Below are positions 1-8,913 of a stretch of 64,000 nucleotides of DNA, piece by piece; the first letter of the stretch is position 1; the number at the start of each line of letters is the position of its first letter. A model generated the notes under the pieces. The model was not told the DNA's origin. It worked only from the letters and a program-made list of their open reading frames with translations, and searched no databases. The position numbers and the translations under genes are program-made. Source of the stretch: an uncultured cyanobacterium (GTDB lineage Bacteria; Cyanobacteriota; Cyanobacteriia; PCC-9006; JAAUQQ01); NCBI GenBank assembly GCA_963718615.1, contig OY970368.1:5440001-5504000 (forward strand), given 5' to 3'.

Positions 1-118
1 AAAAGCTCCACGACAAACGGGAGGACCTCAAGAAGAAGCAGGACAACCGCGAAATGGCCCGGATGTTAAAGAATCATTAGGGTTGCGCCATGGGGATTGC
101 GCCATTAGGTTTGGATCA

Positions 119-1288
119 TTAGGACTGCAAAAATTGGGCGATGCGCTCAACCGCTTCCCGCAGGCGAGGAGGTTCATGGACCAGGGCAAACCGCACGTAG
201 CCTTCGCCGGATTTGCCAAAACCAATCCCTGGCGACACGGCGACTCCAGTTTCCTCAGCTAACTGAATACAAAACGCCATGGAGCGACTTTGCCAAGGCT
301 CCGGTAACTGTGCCCAAACATACATCGTCGCCGCAGGGGTGGGGACAAGCCAGCCGATGCGGTGCAAGGCTTCCACAAAGGCATCGCGACGGGCCTTGAA
401 ATGGAGATTGGTTTCGATGACGCAGTCCTGGGGGCCAGAGAGGGCGGCGATCGCCCCCGCCAAAATCCCCCGATACTGGTTAAAATCCACCACCGCCTTC
501 ACCTGCCGCAGCGCCTGGATCAATTGAGGATTGCCAATGGCATATCCCACCCGAAACCCACCCATGTTGTAGGACTTGGACATGGAGAAAAACTCGATGC
601 TGGTGGTTTTCTGGCGATCGGCCTGCAACACCGAGGGCACTTCCACCCCGTCGAACCCCCAATCTGGGTAGGGAAAATCGTGCACTAGCGCCAAATCATA
701 GGCTTGGCAAAAGGCGACAGCGCGCTCAAAAAAACGCAGGGGGGCGATCGCCGTCGTCGGATTGTGGGGATAGCTCAAAACCATCATCCGGGCGCGATCG
801 AGGATCGCATCGGGAATGGCTTCCAGCACCGGCAAAAAGTCATTTGCTGCCAGCAGCGGCATCCCGTAGATTTCCCCATTGGCCAGATGAATCCCGCCGG
901 GATGGGAGGGATAGCAGGGATCCGGCAACAACGCGATATCGCCGGGATTGAGCAACGCCAGGGGCATGTGGGCGGTCCCTTCCTGGGAGCCAATCAGCAG
1001 CAAGACTTCGGTTTCGGGATCCACGGCGAGACCAAACTTGCGCTTGTACCAGGCTGCCGCCGCTTGGCGAAATGCGAGCGTGCCCTGGTGGAGCAGATAG
1101 CCGTGGGTGTTGGGGTCGGGGAGGGCTTGGGCGATCGCCCCCAAGGCATGGTCCGGCGCGGGCAAATCCGACGACCCCAAGGACAGATCAATCACATCCC
1201 GTCCAGCGGCCCGCGCCCGCGCCTTGGCTCGGTCCATGTCAGCAAACACATTGGCCCCGAGGGGCTTGAGGCGATCGGCAAATTTCAT
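119..1288 (-). CDS. PLP-dependent class I/II aminotransferase (cyanobacterial LL-diaminopimelate aminotransferase-like)
   Basis: 389 aa; YPHNPT, HDFPY and SMSKSYNMGGFRVG (PLP lysine) motifs; C-terminal GEGYVRFAL. Confidence 0.88.
   Translation of the reverse strand: MKFADRLKPLGANVFADMDRAKARARAAGRDVIDLSLGSSDLPAPDHALGAIAQALPDPNTHGYLLHQGTLAFRQAAAAWYKRKFGLAVDPETEVLLLIGSQEGTAHMPLALLNPGDIALLPDPCYPSHPGGIHLANGEIYGMPLLAANDFLPVLEAIPDAILDRARMMVLSYPHNPTTAIAPLRFFERAVAFCQAYDLALVHDFPYPDWGFDGVEVPSVLQADRQKTTSIEFFSMSKSYNMGGFRVGYAIGNPQLIQALRQVKAVVDFNQYRGILAGAIAALSGPQDCVIETNLHFKARRDAFVEALHRIGWLVPTPAATMYVWAQLPEPWQSRSMAFCIQLAEETGVAVSPGIGFGKSGEGYVRFALVHEPPRLREAVERIAQFLQS
744..751. repeat. HIP1 octamer GCGATCGC (one example; very frequent across the core genes)
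   Basis: Dozens of copies, often as GGCGATCGCC; hallmark of many cyanobacterial genomes. Confidence 0.95.
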
Positions 1289-1308
1289 GTCAGCAAACCA
1301 GCGGCGCG

Positions 1309-1632
1309 TTACAGGTGGCTATTCAGCAAGGTTTCTAGCTTTTGTTTGCTGATAGCCCCTTCGGTGCGTTCGAGCACTTCCCCGTTTTGCATCAATAACA
1401 ACGTGGGAATTCCTTCGACCTTGTATTTGCTCACGGTTACGGGGTTCGCGTCCACTTCGAGCTTGAAGACCTTGAGGCGATCGCCATAGGTTTCAGCAGC
1501 CCAATCCATCAGCGGCGCAATCAGCCGACAGGGACCACACCAGGGAGCCCAAAAATCTACGAGCACAGCCCCCTCGCGTTGGAGAACTTCGGATTCAAAC
1601 TGACTGTCGTTAATTTCTAATGCTTTGACCAC
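1309..1632 (-). CDS. Thioredoxin (resembles the Anabaena Trx-2/x-type)
   Basis: 107 aa, GTG start, WCGPC active site, cis-Pro motif GIPTL. Confidence 0.93.
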   Translation of the reverse strand: MVKALEINDSQFESEVLQREGAVLVDFWAPWCGPCRLIAPLMDWAAETYGDRLKVFKLEVDANPVTVSKYKVEGIPTLLLMQNGEVLERTEGAISKQKLETLLNSHL

Positions 1633-1765
1633 GAAAATCCTCCTGAGAAGCAGGCGAGTCTAAGAACCTGCCCCACCACAAAAACAAATTTTTTTTAACC
1701 AGCGCCGTCAGCAACGGCTTTTCTATTCTCGCCTATTGTCTGCCCGCACCCAAGCTCCCGTCAAA

Positions 1766-1797
1766 AACTTGCTGATTTCAGAACTTGCTGATTTCAG
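1766..1797. repeat. 16-bp tandem duplication AACTTGCTGATTTCAG x2
   Basis: Read directly from the sequence. Confidence 0.85.
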
Positions 1798-2272
1798 ATC
1801 GGCTTGTAGTACATCTGTATTTTAGTGCATTCGCACCAAGTATGGCAATAGCAATCCTGTAGTAATCTCCCAGGAGTGATCGTCCAGGCAAGAGCTCTCA
1901 GAAGCATTCGTCAGCCTTAGCAATAGATGATTCAACTATAGGATAACCCTATCAACTTTGAGGTATTGAGCCGGCAAGCCTTTCGTCTATCTTTCATCCT
2001 TAAAAAAGTTGACTTTTCTCTTTAAAGAATTTATGAAGACTCCCTCCGTCAAGTAGGAGCTGAAGTCAAGGATGATAGTCTACAACTGAATGCAATAGCA
2101 GCTTCTCTCAAATTAAAGATTGTCCGAACGATGGACCAATCAGATAGTCTTGATGCTTCAAGAAATCTGACCCATTGGCTTATCCAAAGTCATTCAATTT
2201 TCACTCGTTTTGGCATCTCCTGAGGCCCGCAGAAGACCAGGCAAAGATCCCTAAAAAATTTTGAGAGAGATT

Positions 2273-2608
2273 ATGAGCACTCATCTTAATTTGTTTGAAG
2301 CTGTTACTGAATTGGAAGAAAGCGCTGTTCAGGGTGGGCAAACTAACTTTTTTGTTAAGACGAATAGCCTGAACGCTAATATTCAGCTCACGGGAACGGG
2401 TGGATTATTTGCCCCTGCCTTTCCCTTTGGTAATTTGATTACTGAAGTTCTTCGAGCAACATTTGGACGAACCGTTTATCTGGCACCGCCAGGAGCCTCG
2501 GCCCCTGCCAATGGCATTGGCTTCTACTTTTCCTATATCAACGATGATCCATACGATATCTTAGGACTCAATGGTAAAATCACTCCTGGATTAACCCCTT
2601 TTGGCTAA
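2273..2608 (+). CDS. Putative double-glycine-leader precursor peptide (bacteriocin/RiPP-like), 111 aa
   Basis: ATG at 2273 after GAGAGAG; N-terminus MSTHLNLFEAVTELEESAVQGG resembles cyanobacterial LF..(V/L)(S/T).E....V.GG leaders; 89-aa Cys-free Gly/Pro/aromatic-rich core; lies upstream of an rSAM gene. Confidence 0.6.
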   Translation: MSTHLNLFEAVTELEESAVQGGQTNFFVKTNSLNANIQLTGTGGLFAPAFPFGNLITEVLRATFGRTVYLAPPGASAPANGIGFYFSYINDDPYDILGLNGKITPGLTPFG

Positions 2609-2677
2609 TGCCCGGAGCCAATCTGTAGAGACCGATCTTTAAATATCGCTTGATCGACAATTAAACTTGTCTTGACC

Positions 2678-2720
2678 ATAAGCCAACTGCACTTGTTAAC
2701 AGGGATGCAGCTTGGCTTAT
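2678..2720 (+). terminator. Stem-loop downstream of the precursor gene (terminator or mRNA stabiliser)
   Basis: ATAAGCCAACTGCA ... TGCAGCTTGGCTTAT, 14-bp stem with one bulge. Confidence 0.5.
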
Positions 2721-3006
2721 CGCGATCTAAGGGTGAATTTTGTTGATTTCAAATCATTGATCAAATTTAAACTTTTACGAAGAACTCGTATTTCTTGAGT
2801 CGCTTGACTATACTCAGATTATTCTATTGATATCGCTAGTTTAAGCAATATCAAGCAACGACTCAAGGGGTTTGCTTGGCGCTACGCATTGCACTGCTAA
2901 GCGTATGAGAATGGGGGCGATCGCCCCTCAAATTGTTATGGTAAATCGAGATGTCTATTGACATATTTCGATTCTATTTTCTTCGTTTTAGGGTGGGATT
3001 TTAAGA

Positions 3007-4074
3007 ATGAAAGTTTTGTATACCGATAGTTTTCTATCCTATGTCAAAAGACATTTGCGAATATCTTTGCCTTTTTTGACCGTTGATAAAATCAAGAACT
3101 CCGTTTTGGCTTTAATCGAAATGCGGTTGGGTCGATTGCAATGCAGATCCTTACCTTTTGTCTATCGGATCGATCCATCCACAGCTTGTAATATTCGTTG
3201 TCCTGGTTGCGAGGCCCATGCTGAGACAACCGATTCCAAGCGATTGCTCGATTTAGAAGATTTCTATCGAATTCTCGACAAGATCAAAAAGTATTGTGTC
3301 CGGGCTTCCTTATACGACTCGGGTGAGCCTTTGCTCAATCGCCACATCTATAAAATGATCCGCTATGCCAGTGACAATCGCATTGCGACTTCCATGAGCA
3401 CGAACTTCAACTTATTTAAAGAAGAGAAGCATCTAGAGGCATTATTTGATAGTCATCTTACGGTCCTTCAGCCAGATCTAGATGGCATCACCCAGGAGAC
3501 CTATGGGTCCTATCGCATTGGCGGTGCTGTGGAAGTTGTTAAAGCAGGAATTGAAGCAGTCGTTCAGCATAAAAAGGCAACCGGCGCTCAGTATCCGATT
3601 GTAGAACCTCAGATTATTATGTTTGAGCATTTAATGCATGAACAGGACGCGATCGAGGACTATCTTAATCAACTAGGCGTTGATAAGATTACTTGGAAAC
3701 GAGACGACTGGGGCTTTAATCCTGCCAAAAATATTCAGGGAGAAGCCGACAAGCCTTCAAAGCGATGTTTTTGGCTATACACGGCTATGATGATTCGGCC
3801 TGATGGGAATGCTTATCCCTGTTGTGGTCGAGGGTTTCATCGACTGGCCTATGGCAATTTGCTAGAGCAGTCTATCGATGATATTTGGAATAATAAGTAC
3901 TATCAATTTTCGCGTAAGCTATTTACGAATGGACCTGATTTGCCCTATGATCCGGAGATGGAACGCATTCCTTGTCATACTTGTACGATGTTCAAGACTC
4001 GGCGGAAAATGCTGGGTTCTCCAGATTTATCCACACTTCTGCTTCAATCAGAACATATTCCTTCAAATGACTGA
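3007..4074 (+). CDS. Radical SAM protein with C-terminal SPASM/twitch domain
   Basis: CNIRCPGC (CxxxCxxC), SGEPLL, and C-terminal CFWLY..IRPDGNAYPCC...GNL...IDDIWN...CHTC. Confidence 0.9.
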   Translation: MKVLYTDSFLSYVKRHLRISLPFLTVDKIKNSVLALIEMRLGRLQCRSLPFVYRIDPSTACNIRCPGCEAHAETTDSKRLLDLEDFYRILDKIKKYCVRASLYDSGEPLLNRHIYKMIRYASDNRIATSMSTNFNLFKEEKHLEALFDSHLTVLQPDLDGITQETYGSYRIGGAVEVVKAGIEAVVQHKKATGAQYPIVEPQIIMFEHLMHEQDAIEDYLNQLGVDKITWKRDDWGFNPAKNIQGEADKPSKRCFWLYTAMMIRPDGNAYPCCGRGFHRLAYGNLLEQSIDDIWNNKYYQFSRKLFTNGPDLPYDPEMERIPCHTCTMFKTRRKMLGSPDLSTLLLQSEHIPSND

Positions 4075-5604
4075 GAAATAGGAAGCATGATCAAGAGCGC
4101 CGGAATCAACCCAACTCACTTTTGCCAGTTCTTTATGTCCGGCAAAGATGCTTGCAAATCCGTTACTTTGCCTAAAGTTCAAGTCGCTGAACTGTAATCC
4201 ATCGGACAAGCCAAAGGTCGTCTGACCCAATTGAAAACCGTTGATAATATCGACTCCGTCACCAACTCTTAAAATAACGATATCTTGACCACCGACTAAA
4301 TAAATTTCATCATCGCCAAGACCTCCGTCAATCATATCTGCATCATTCCCCGTGTAAAAGACATCATCCCCAGCACCACCAACAAAAAAGTCATTGCCAC
4401 CATTAGAAAATAAGCGATCGCGACCCTCTCCACCTTCAAAAACATCATTGCCGTTTCCGCCATATAAATCGTCATTACCGGCTCCGCCTCGGAACGTGTC
4501 ATTGCCACCATTGCCGAAGATAATATCATCACCATTTCCACCTAACAAGATTTCATCTCCGAATGAACCATATAAACTGTCGTTGCCATCACCGCCTCTG
4601 ATCGTATCGTTGCCTCCATTTCCAAAGATGACATCATTGCCCTTTTCACCCTCTAGAAAATCAACTTGGCTGGCACCATGTAGGCGATCGTTACCTGTGC
4701 CACCAAACTGAAGCGTCGAGCCACCCACGCTATAGATTTTGTCATCCCCAGCAAGACCAAAGAGTACACCACTATAAGCGAATAAGTTGTCACTAGCAGA
4801 TGAGCCTACAATATCTGTTGGCCCCGGTGCAGGCTCTACAAGATTCTCCTCCGAAGTACTTGTGGATAAACCATCTGTGACTTTTGTATAACTATGAATG
4901 ACTTCAACAACAGCAATCTGAGTTGCCTGATTAAAAATACGAGAATAGTGGCCTAAGACAACACGAGAGTGGGAATCATAACCGTCATTGCCATCAATAT
5001 TTTTATTTTTTTGATCAACCGTAGCTTTGATGTTTTCGCTATGATTTAGCCACTGTATACTGAGGCGATCGCTAGAATCAAGCCTGCCAATCATATTAAA
5101 GAAGTCAATTACCTCGATTTGCTCAGGATAAGTGATATCCAAAACTACGAAGCTCGTGTTTTGAGCAGCATAAGCATATTCTCGATCAAAACTTTCAATT
5201 TCCTTTGAACTTTGTTCTTCGATAGCATTGAAGTTAAAAGAGAATGATTCATTATCCTGTAGTGCAAAAGTTCCGATCACTTGAGCATTACTTGTAGCGA
5301 TCGCACTATAAGGTCCTTTCTGACCCAGAACACCGCTAAAGGAAAACAAGTTTGAGGAATTAGGATCTTGGAGATAGAGGGCGGAAGCATTGGCGATCGC
5401 ACTAGTGATCCCATCAGTAATCTCACCATTTTGTACCCAAGTCTCGGTTTTCACACTTGTCAGTACTCCACTGGCTGTAGGATCTTCGTAGAGAAGCAGT
5501 AGCTTGCTCGTTGATGCAACAAAGTTAGCAGGCCATTGGACATTAAAATCAGCTTTTAGCGCTGAATCCATTAACAGCATCTCAACAGACTGAAGACTCG
5601 ACAT
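4063..5604 (-). CDS. RTX-type calcium-binding secreted protein with uncharacterised N-terminal domain
   Basis: Many GGxGxDxLx nonapeptides in the C-terminal half; 3' end overlaps the convergent rSAM gene by 12 nt. Confidence 0.85.
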   Translation of the reverse strand: MSSLQSVEMLLMDSALKADFNVQWPANFVASTSKLLLLYEDPTASGVLTSVKTETWVQNGEITDGITSAIANASALYLQDPNSSNLFSFSGVLGQKGPYSAIATSNAQVIGTFALQDNESFSFNFNAIEEQSSKEIESFDREYAYAAQNTSFVVLDITYPEQIEVIDFFNMIGRLDSSDRLSIQWLNHSENIKATVDQKNKNIDGNDGYDSHSRVVLGHYSRIFNQATQIAVVEVIHSYTKVTDGLSTSTSEENLVEPAPGPTDIVGSSASDNLFAYSGVLFGLAGDDKIYSVGGSTLQFGGTGNDRLHGASQVDFLEGEKGNDVIFGNGGNDTIRGGDGNDSLYGSFGDEILLGGNGDDIIFGNGGNDTFRGGAGNDDLYGGNGNDVFEGGEGRDRLFSNGGNDFFVGGAGDDVFYTGNDADMIDGGLGDDEIYLVGGQDIVILRVGDGVDIINGFQLGQTTFGLSDGLQFSDLNFRQSNGFASIFAGHKELAKVSWVDSGALDHASYFSVI

Positions 5605-5752
5605 AAGCTCTACTCTCCAATTTCAAGGAATATATATTTTTGCGATCAGAAGTGCCAGAGGTGCAAATCAAAGAAGGTTTGAGTTACTCAGGATTTCAAG
5701 ACTCTGGTTTAGACAACACGATACGAATCGTCCTACTAAAAAGAATTCGCAA

Positions 5753-7843
5753 TCAAATCCAAATATTGGTGTTGTCTTGAAAAACGGCAATGCGATCTTT
5801 TTGGCCACTTGAATCAATGAGATAGAGTTCAGTATCTTCAGCAATGGTGCCAATGCCAGTGATAGCTTTAGGCTCCAAACTGTAGTATCCCCCTCCAAGA
5901 ACTGCTGGGGGAATTAATTCCACTTTGTCATCGACCCAATTAAAGTCAGTAATAATAGCATAGCTATTACCATTTCCTATGTAGGAAATGCCCCAGTAAC
6001 CACCCAAGACAAAAGTATCCTCACCAGAACCACCAGTTAAGATATCAATTTGAGGTACACCAGAAGCAGAAGTACCAAAACCATTGAGCTCGTCATCTCC
6101 CGCACCGCCACTCAGTGTATCATTGCCCAATCCACCCATGAGAATGTCATCACCGTCACCCCCCACCGGTACAGAATTGAGATTGGCAAAGTTGCTGACA
6201 GAAACATAAACTGCATCCCGCCCAAAACCAACAATATCGACATCACCATCGCCATCCACATCCGCCAGTTGACGAGGATAGCGATCCTGGCTCAACCAAC
6301 CCAGTGTAAAGTTGATCTTGGAGTTATTACCCAAAGCAATAAAGGAGTCCTCGAACGTTCGATTACCCTTTCCTAGGGAAACTTGCACCCCGTCTTTGCC
6401 AAAACCAACAATATCGATGCGACCATCATTATTCACATCCGCTAGTTGTCGGGGATACTGATTCTGACTTCCCCAGCCCCCATCGTTGACAGTAAAGTTA
6501 TTATACAAACCTGCAAAGACACCGGAGAACGTTCCATCACTTCTTCCCAGAGAGACATATACGAAATCCAGTCCAAAGCCAACAATGTCAGCACGTCCAT
6601 CTCCATTCACATCTGCCAGTTGACGAGGGAGGCGATCCTGAGTCACCCAATCTCCATCATTAACAGTTAGATCAGTATCTAAAGCAATAAAAGCGTCTGA
6701 GAACGTACCATCGGTTTTGCCTAACGAAACATAGATTGCATCATCTCCAAAGCCGACGATGTCAGCGCGACCATCGCCATTGACATCTGCGAGTTGACGA
6801 GGAGATCGATCCTGACTCAACCAACCATTGGTAGCCGTGAAGTTTATAGGAGCGTTGTTATCTAAAGCACGTCCGGCACCGGGGAACGTGCCATCCCCTC
6901 TTCCCAGTGATACATAGACAGCATCGTTCCCAAAACCTACAATATCCAGACGGCCATCACCATTCACATCTGCTAGTTGACGTGGGTAACGATCTTGACT
7001 AGTCCAACCTGCTGCAAAATTGACGATGGCATTGCTGTCTAAGCCAACAAAGGCATTCGAGAACGTACCATCACCCTTCCCCAGAGAGATATACACCGCA
7101 TTATCCCCAAAGCCAACAATGTCGGCACGACCATCTCCATTTACATCTGCCAGTTGACGGGGATAGCGGTCCTGACTCAACCAACCATTGGCGACCGTGA
7201 AATTATCGCTCAGGCCATTGATAAAGCTAGTGAATAACGGTTGAGTGATTGGCGTGATCTGTGGCTGCGCATTAACTGATACTTTCAAGTTGTCCATGGC
7301 CCAGGACTCATCCGCTAGCGCTTGGCCTCCTGGCCCCTCAATTTGGAATGTGAACGTTGCTGTTGATCCGGTGTGAGAAATTCCTCGGAAGCGAGGATCT
7401 GCACCTAAGTTGTAGGCACTATCGGTGTAGAAACTGCCTGGACCACTAAAACCTAAATTCTGGCGGCGTGCGAGTTCAACACCAGCGGAAGGGATATAGC
7501 TTTGCACCTGACTGGGGGTGGCATTCGCAAACGACTCTCGAAAAATCTCGTTACCATCGAGCGTAATCTTAAAAAAGTCACCGGATGGAGATTGACCAGT
7601 ACCATCTAGAGAATCAATCGCAGCGAACAAAAAGTCTAAATCGATTGTTGTGTGATCAGGCAAATTCTGTAGTGTGAGAGTGACAACATTGCCTGTCGCA
7701 CTACGCAGAAATTGGTTGGCAAACTGATTGCCCTGAGGGCCTAAGCCTGAAAACCTTTGAACCCCCGTCAACGAAGCTTGACCTGGGTTGATTTGCACCG
7801 GGATTGATAAATCAAAATCGGAAGAAAAAACTACTTTAGACAT
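5753..7843 (-). CDS. FG-GAP/VCBS (PVL-like lectin beta-propeller) repeat protein with C-terminal RTX region
   Basis: Six repeats of GW.SQDRYPRQLADVNGDGRADIVGFG; GGxGxD repeats and TITDF-like type I secretion tail (IITDFNWVDDKVEL). Confidence 0.85.
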   Translation of the reverse strand: MSKVVFSSDFDLSIPVQINPGQASLTGVQRFSGLGPQGNQFANQFLRSATGNVVTLTLQNLPDHTTIDLDFLFAAIDSLDGTGQSPSGDFFKITLDGNEIFRESFANATPSQVQSYIPSAGVELARRQNLGFSGPGSFYTDSAYNLGADPRFRGISHTGSTATFTFQIEGPGGQALADESWAMDNLKVSVNAQPQITPITQPLFTSFINGLSDNFTVANGWLSQDRYPRQLADVNGDGRADIVGFGDNAVYISLGKGDGTFSNAFVGLDSNAIVNFAAGWTSQDRYPRQLADVNGDGRLDIVGFGNDAVYVSLGRGDGTFPGAGRALDNNAPINFTATNGWLSQDRSPRQLADVNGDGRADIVGFGDDAIYVSLGKTDGTFSDAFIALDTDLTVNDGDWVTQDRLPRQLADVNGDGRADIVGFGLDFVYVSLGRSDGTFSGVFAGLYNNFTVNDGGWGSQNQYPRQLADVNNDGRIDIVGFGKDGVQVSLGKGNRTFEDSFIALGNNSKINFTLGWLSQDRYPRQLADVDGDGDVDIVGFGRDAVYVSVSNFANLNSVPVGGDGDDILMGGLGNDTLSGGAGDDELNGFGTSASGVPQIDILTGGSGEDTFVLGGYWGISYIGNGNSYAIITDFNWVDDKVELIPPAVLGGGYYSLEPKAITGIGTIAEDTELYLIDSSGQKDRIAVFQDNTNIWI

Positions 7844-7960
7844 GGCTCTCTGAGCAACCTCTCAAATGCAAAATAAAGTACTTTTAAAAGACAAGTACAG
7901 CCGACTCAGCTACCTACACAAACACTCGCCTTATTTAGCCTCAACTTACAGATCTCATCG

Positions 7961-8220
7961 TTGAGGTGCAATTCGCCATTTGACGTATGAATCAAGAGAT
8001 TTTTTGTTGCACAAACTCTAAACAAGGAAATTTACAGTATTTCGTCTTCTATACTTAAAACTTGATTAATCCTGATTGGGAAACTGTAATCCTGATTTAC
8101 TCACGTTAGCATTTATCCGTTTCCCTAAAAGATTAGTATTTAATAAAACTCAGAATATAAGATAAATTGCGTTGAAGTACTGATTAGCCTGAGTACTGTG
8201 CATCCTTCTAATGTTCAATA
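7961..8220. repeat. Copy 1 of a ~260-bp duplicated non-coding module (copy 2 at 12256..12518)
   Basis: Manual alignment: about 34 substitutions and 3 gap positions over 263 columns (~86% identity). Confidence 0.93.
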
Positions 8221-8487
8221 GACATCAAATTCCAAAAAGAAATTGGTCTGCCCTGGAAGGACAGGAATATTCTCGCGCCTAGCTTAGGCAAAGGCTAACT
8301 ATACGGAGCCAACACCTGCAATATCTGCCATAGCAAAAAATGGTATTGCGGGTTGTCCACCCAAATTTCCAGCCAGTTGAATGATGGCTTTTTGCTCATC
8401 CCAGACTGCTCCAAGTTGAAGGCCAGCCTCATAGGGTAAAACGTTAATCGTGGCTCCACTATCGACAAGGCCCACAACTTCTACGCT
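8221..8487 (-). pseudogene. Retroviral-like (clan AA) aspartic protease pseudogene
   Basis: Minus frame reads VEVVGLVDSGATINVLPYEAGLQLGAVWDEQKAIIQLAGNLGG...GSV*LAFA*ARRENIPVLPGQTNFFLEFDV; DSGA catalytic motif, two in-frame stops, both ends missing. Confidence 0.75.
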
Positions 8488-8572
8488 TTAAGGGTCATGG
8501 TCTCATCCGGTCTAGGGGTCGAAGCTCTAGTTTAGCTTGCTCTGGGGGTGGATCAAGGTACGAACGGTTTGG

Positions 8573-8614
8573 TTGACTGATTTGTAGAATGCCATACAAT
8601 AACAAAATGTGGCA
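8573..8614 (+). promoter_or_regulatory. Putative vapBC promoter with overlapping inverted-repeat operator
   Basis: TTGACT-N16-TACAAT; TGCCA...TGGCA inverted repeat at 8590..8614 spans the -10 box. Confidence 0.4.
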
Positions 8615-8646
8615 CAAAAAGATAAGCGTGGCACATGGGAGGATGT

Positions 8647-8913
8647 ATGAATAAATTGTCTAAATCAGTAGAAGTGCATTTGGGTCGCCAAGGAAGGTTG
8701 GTGATTCCGGCGGCATTGCGGCAGTTACTGGGTTTTGAGGAGGGGGATAAGTTGGTTGCCCGTGAGGAATCAGGGCGATTGGTCTTGGAAAAGCAAGCAA
8801 TGGTAAAGCAACGGCTGAAGGCTCGCTTTGCACGGGTGTCGAAGACTCACAGTTTGGCAGATGAATTGATCGCGGAACGGCGTACAGAGGCGAAACGGGA
8901 AGGGGCTGAATGA
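8647..8913 (+). CDS. AbrB/MazE/SpoVT-family antitoxin (VapB-type)
   Basis: GRQGRLVIPAALRQLLGFEEGD AbrB motif; GGGAGGA RBS before ATG 8647; ATGA overlap with the PIN toxin. Confidence 0.85.
   Translation: MNKLSKSVEVHLGRQGRLVIPAALRQLLGFEEGDKLVAREESGRLVLEKQAMVKQRLKARFARVSKTHSLADELIAERRTEAKREGAE

Noticed and set aside
704-1489. 261-aa plus-strand ORF and the many other antisense ORFs over GC-rich core genes
   Set aside because: They overlap well-supported genes on the opposite strand and show no recognisable motifs
2336-2353. GQTNFF shared between the precursor peptide and the aspartic-protease pseudogene
   Set aside because: Six-residue match with no similarity on either side; treated as coincidence
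3007-4074. rSAM protein as the anaerobic maturase for the sulfatase at 43126
   Set aside because: It is 39 kb away and lacks the full multi-Cys SPASM pattern of anSME enzymes
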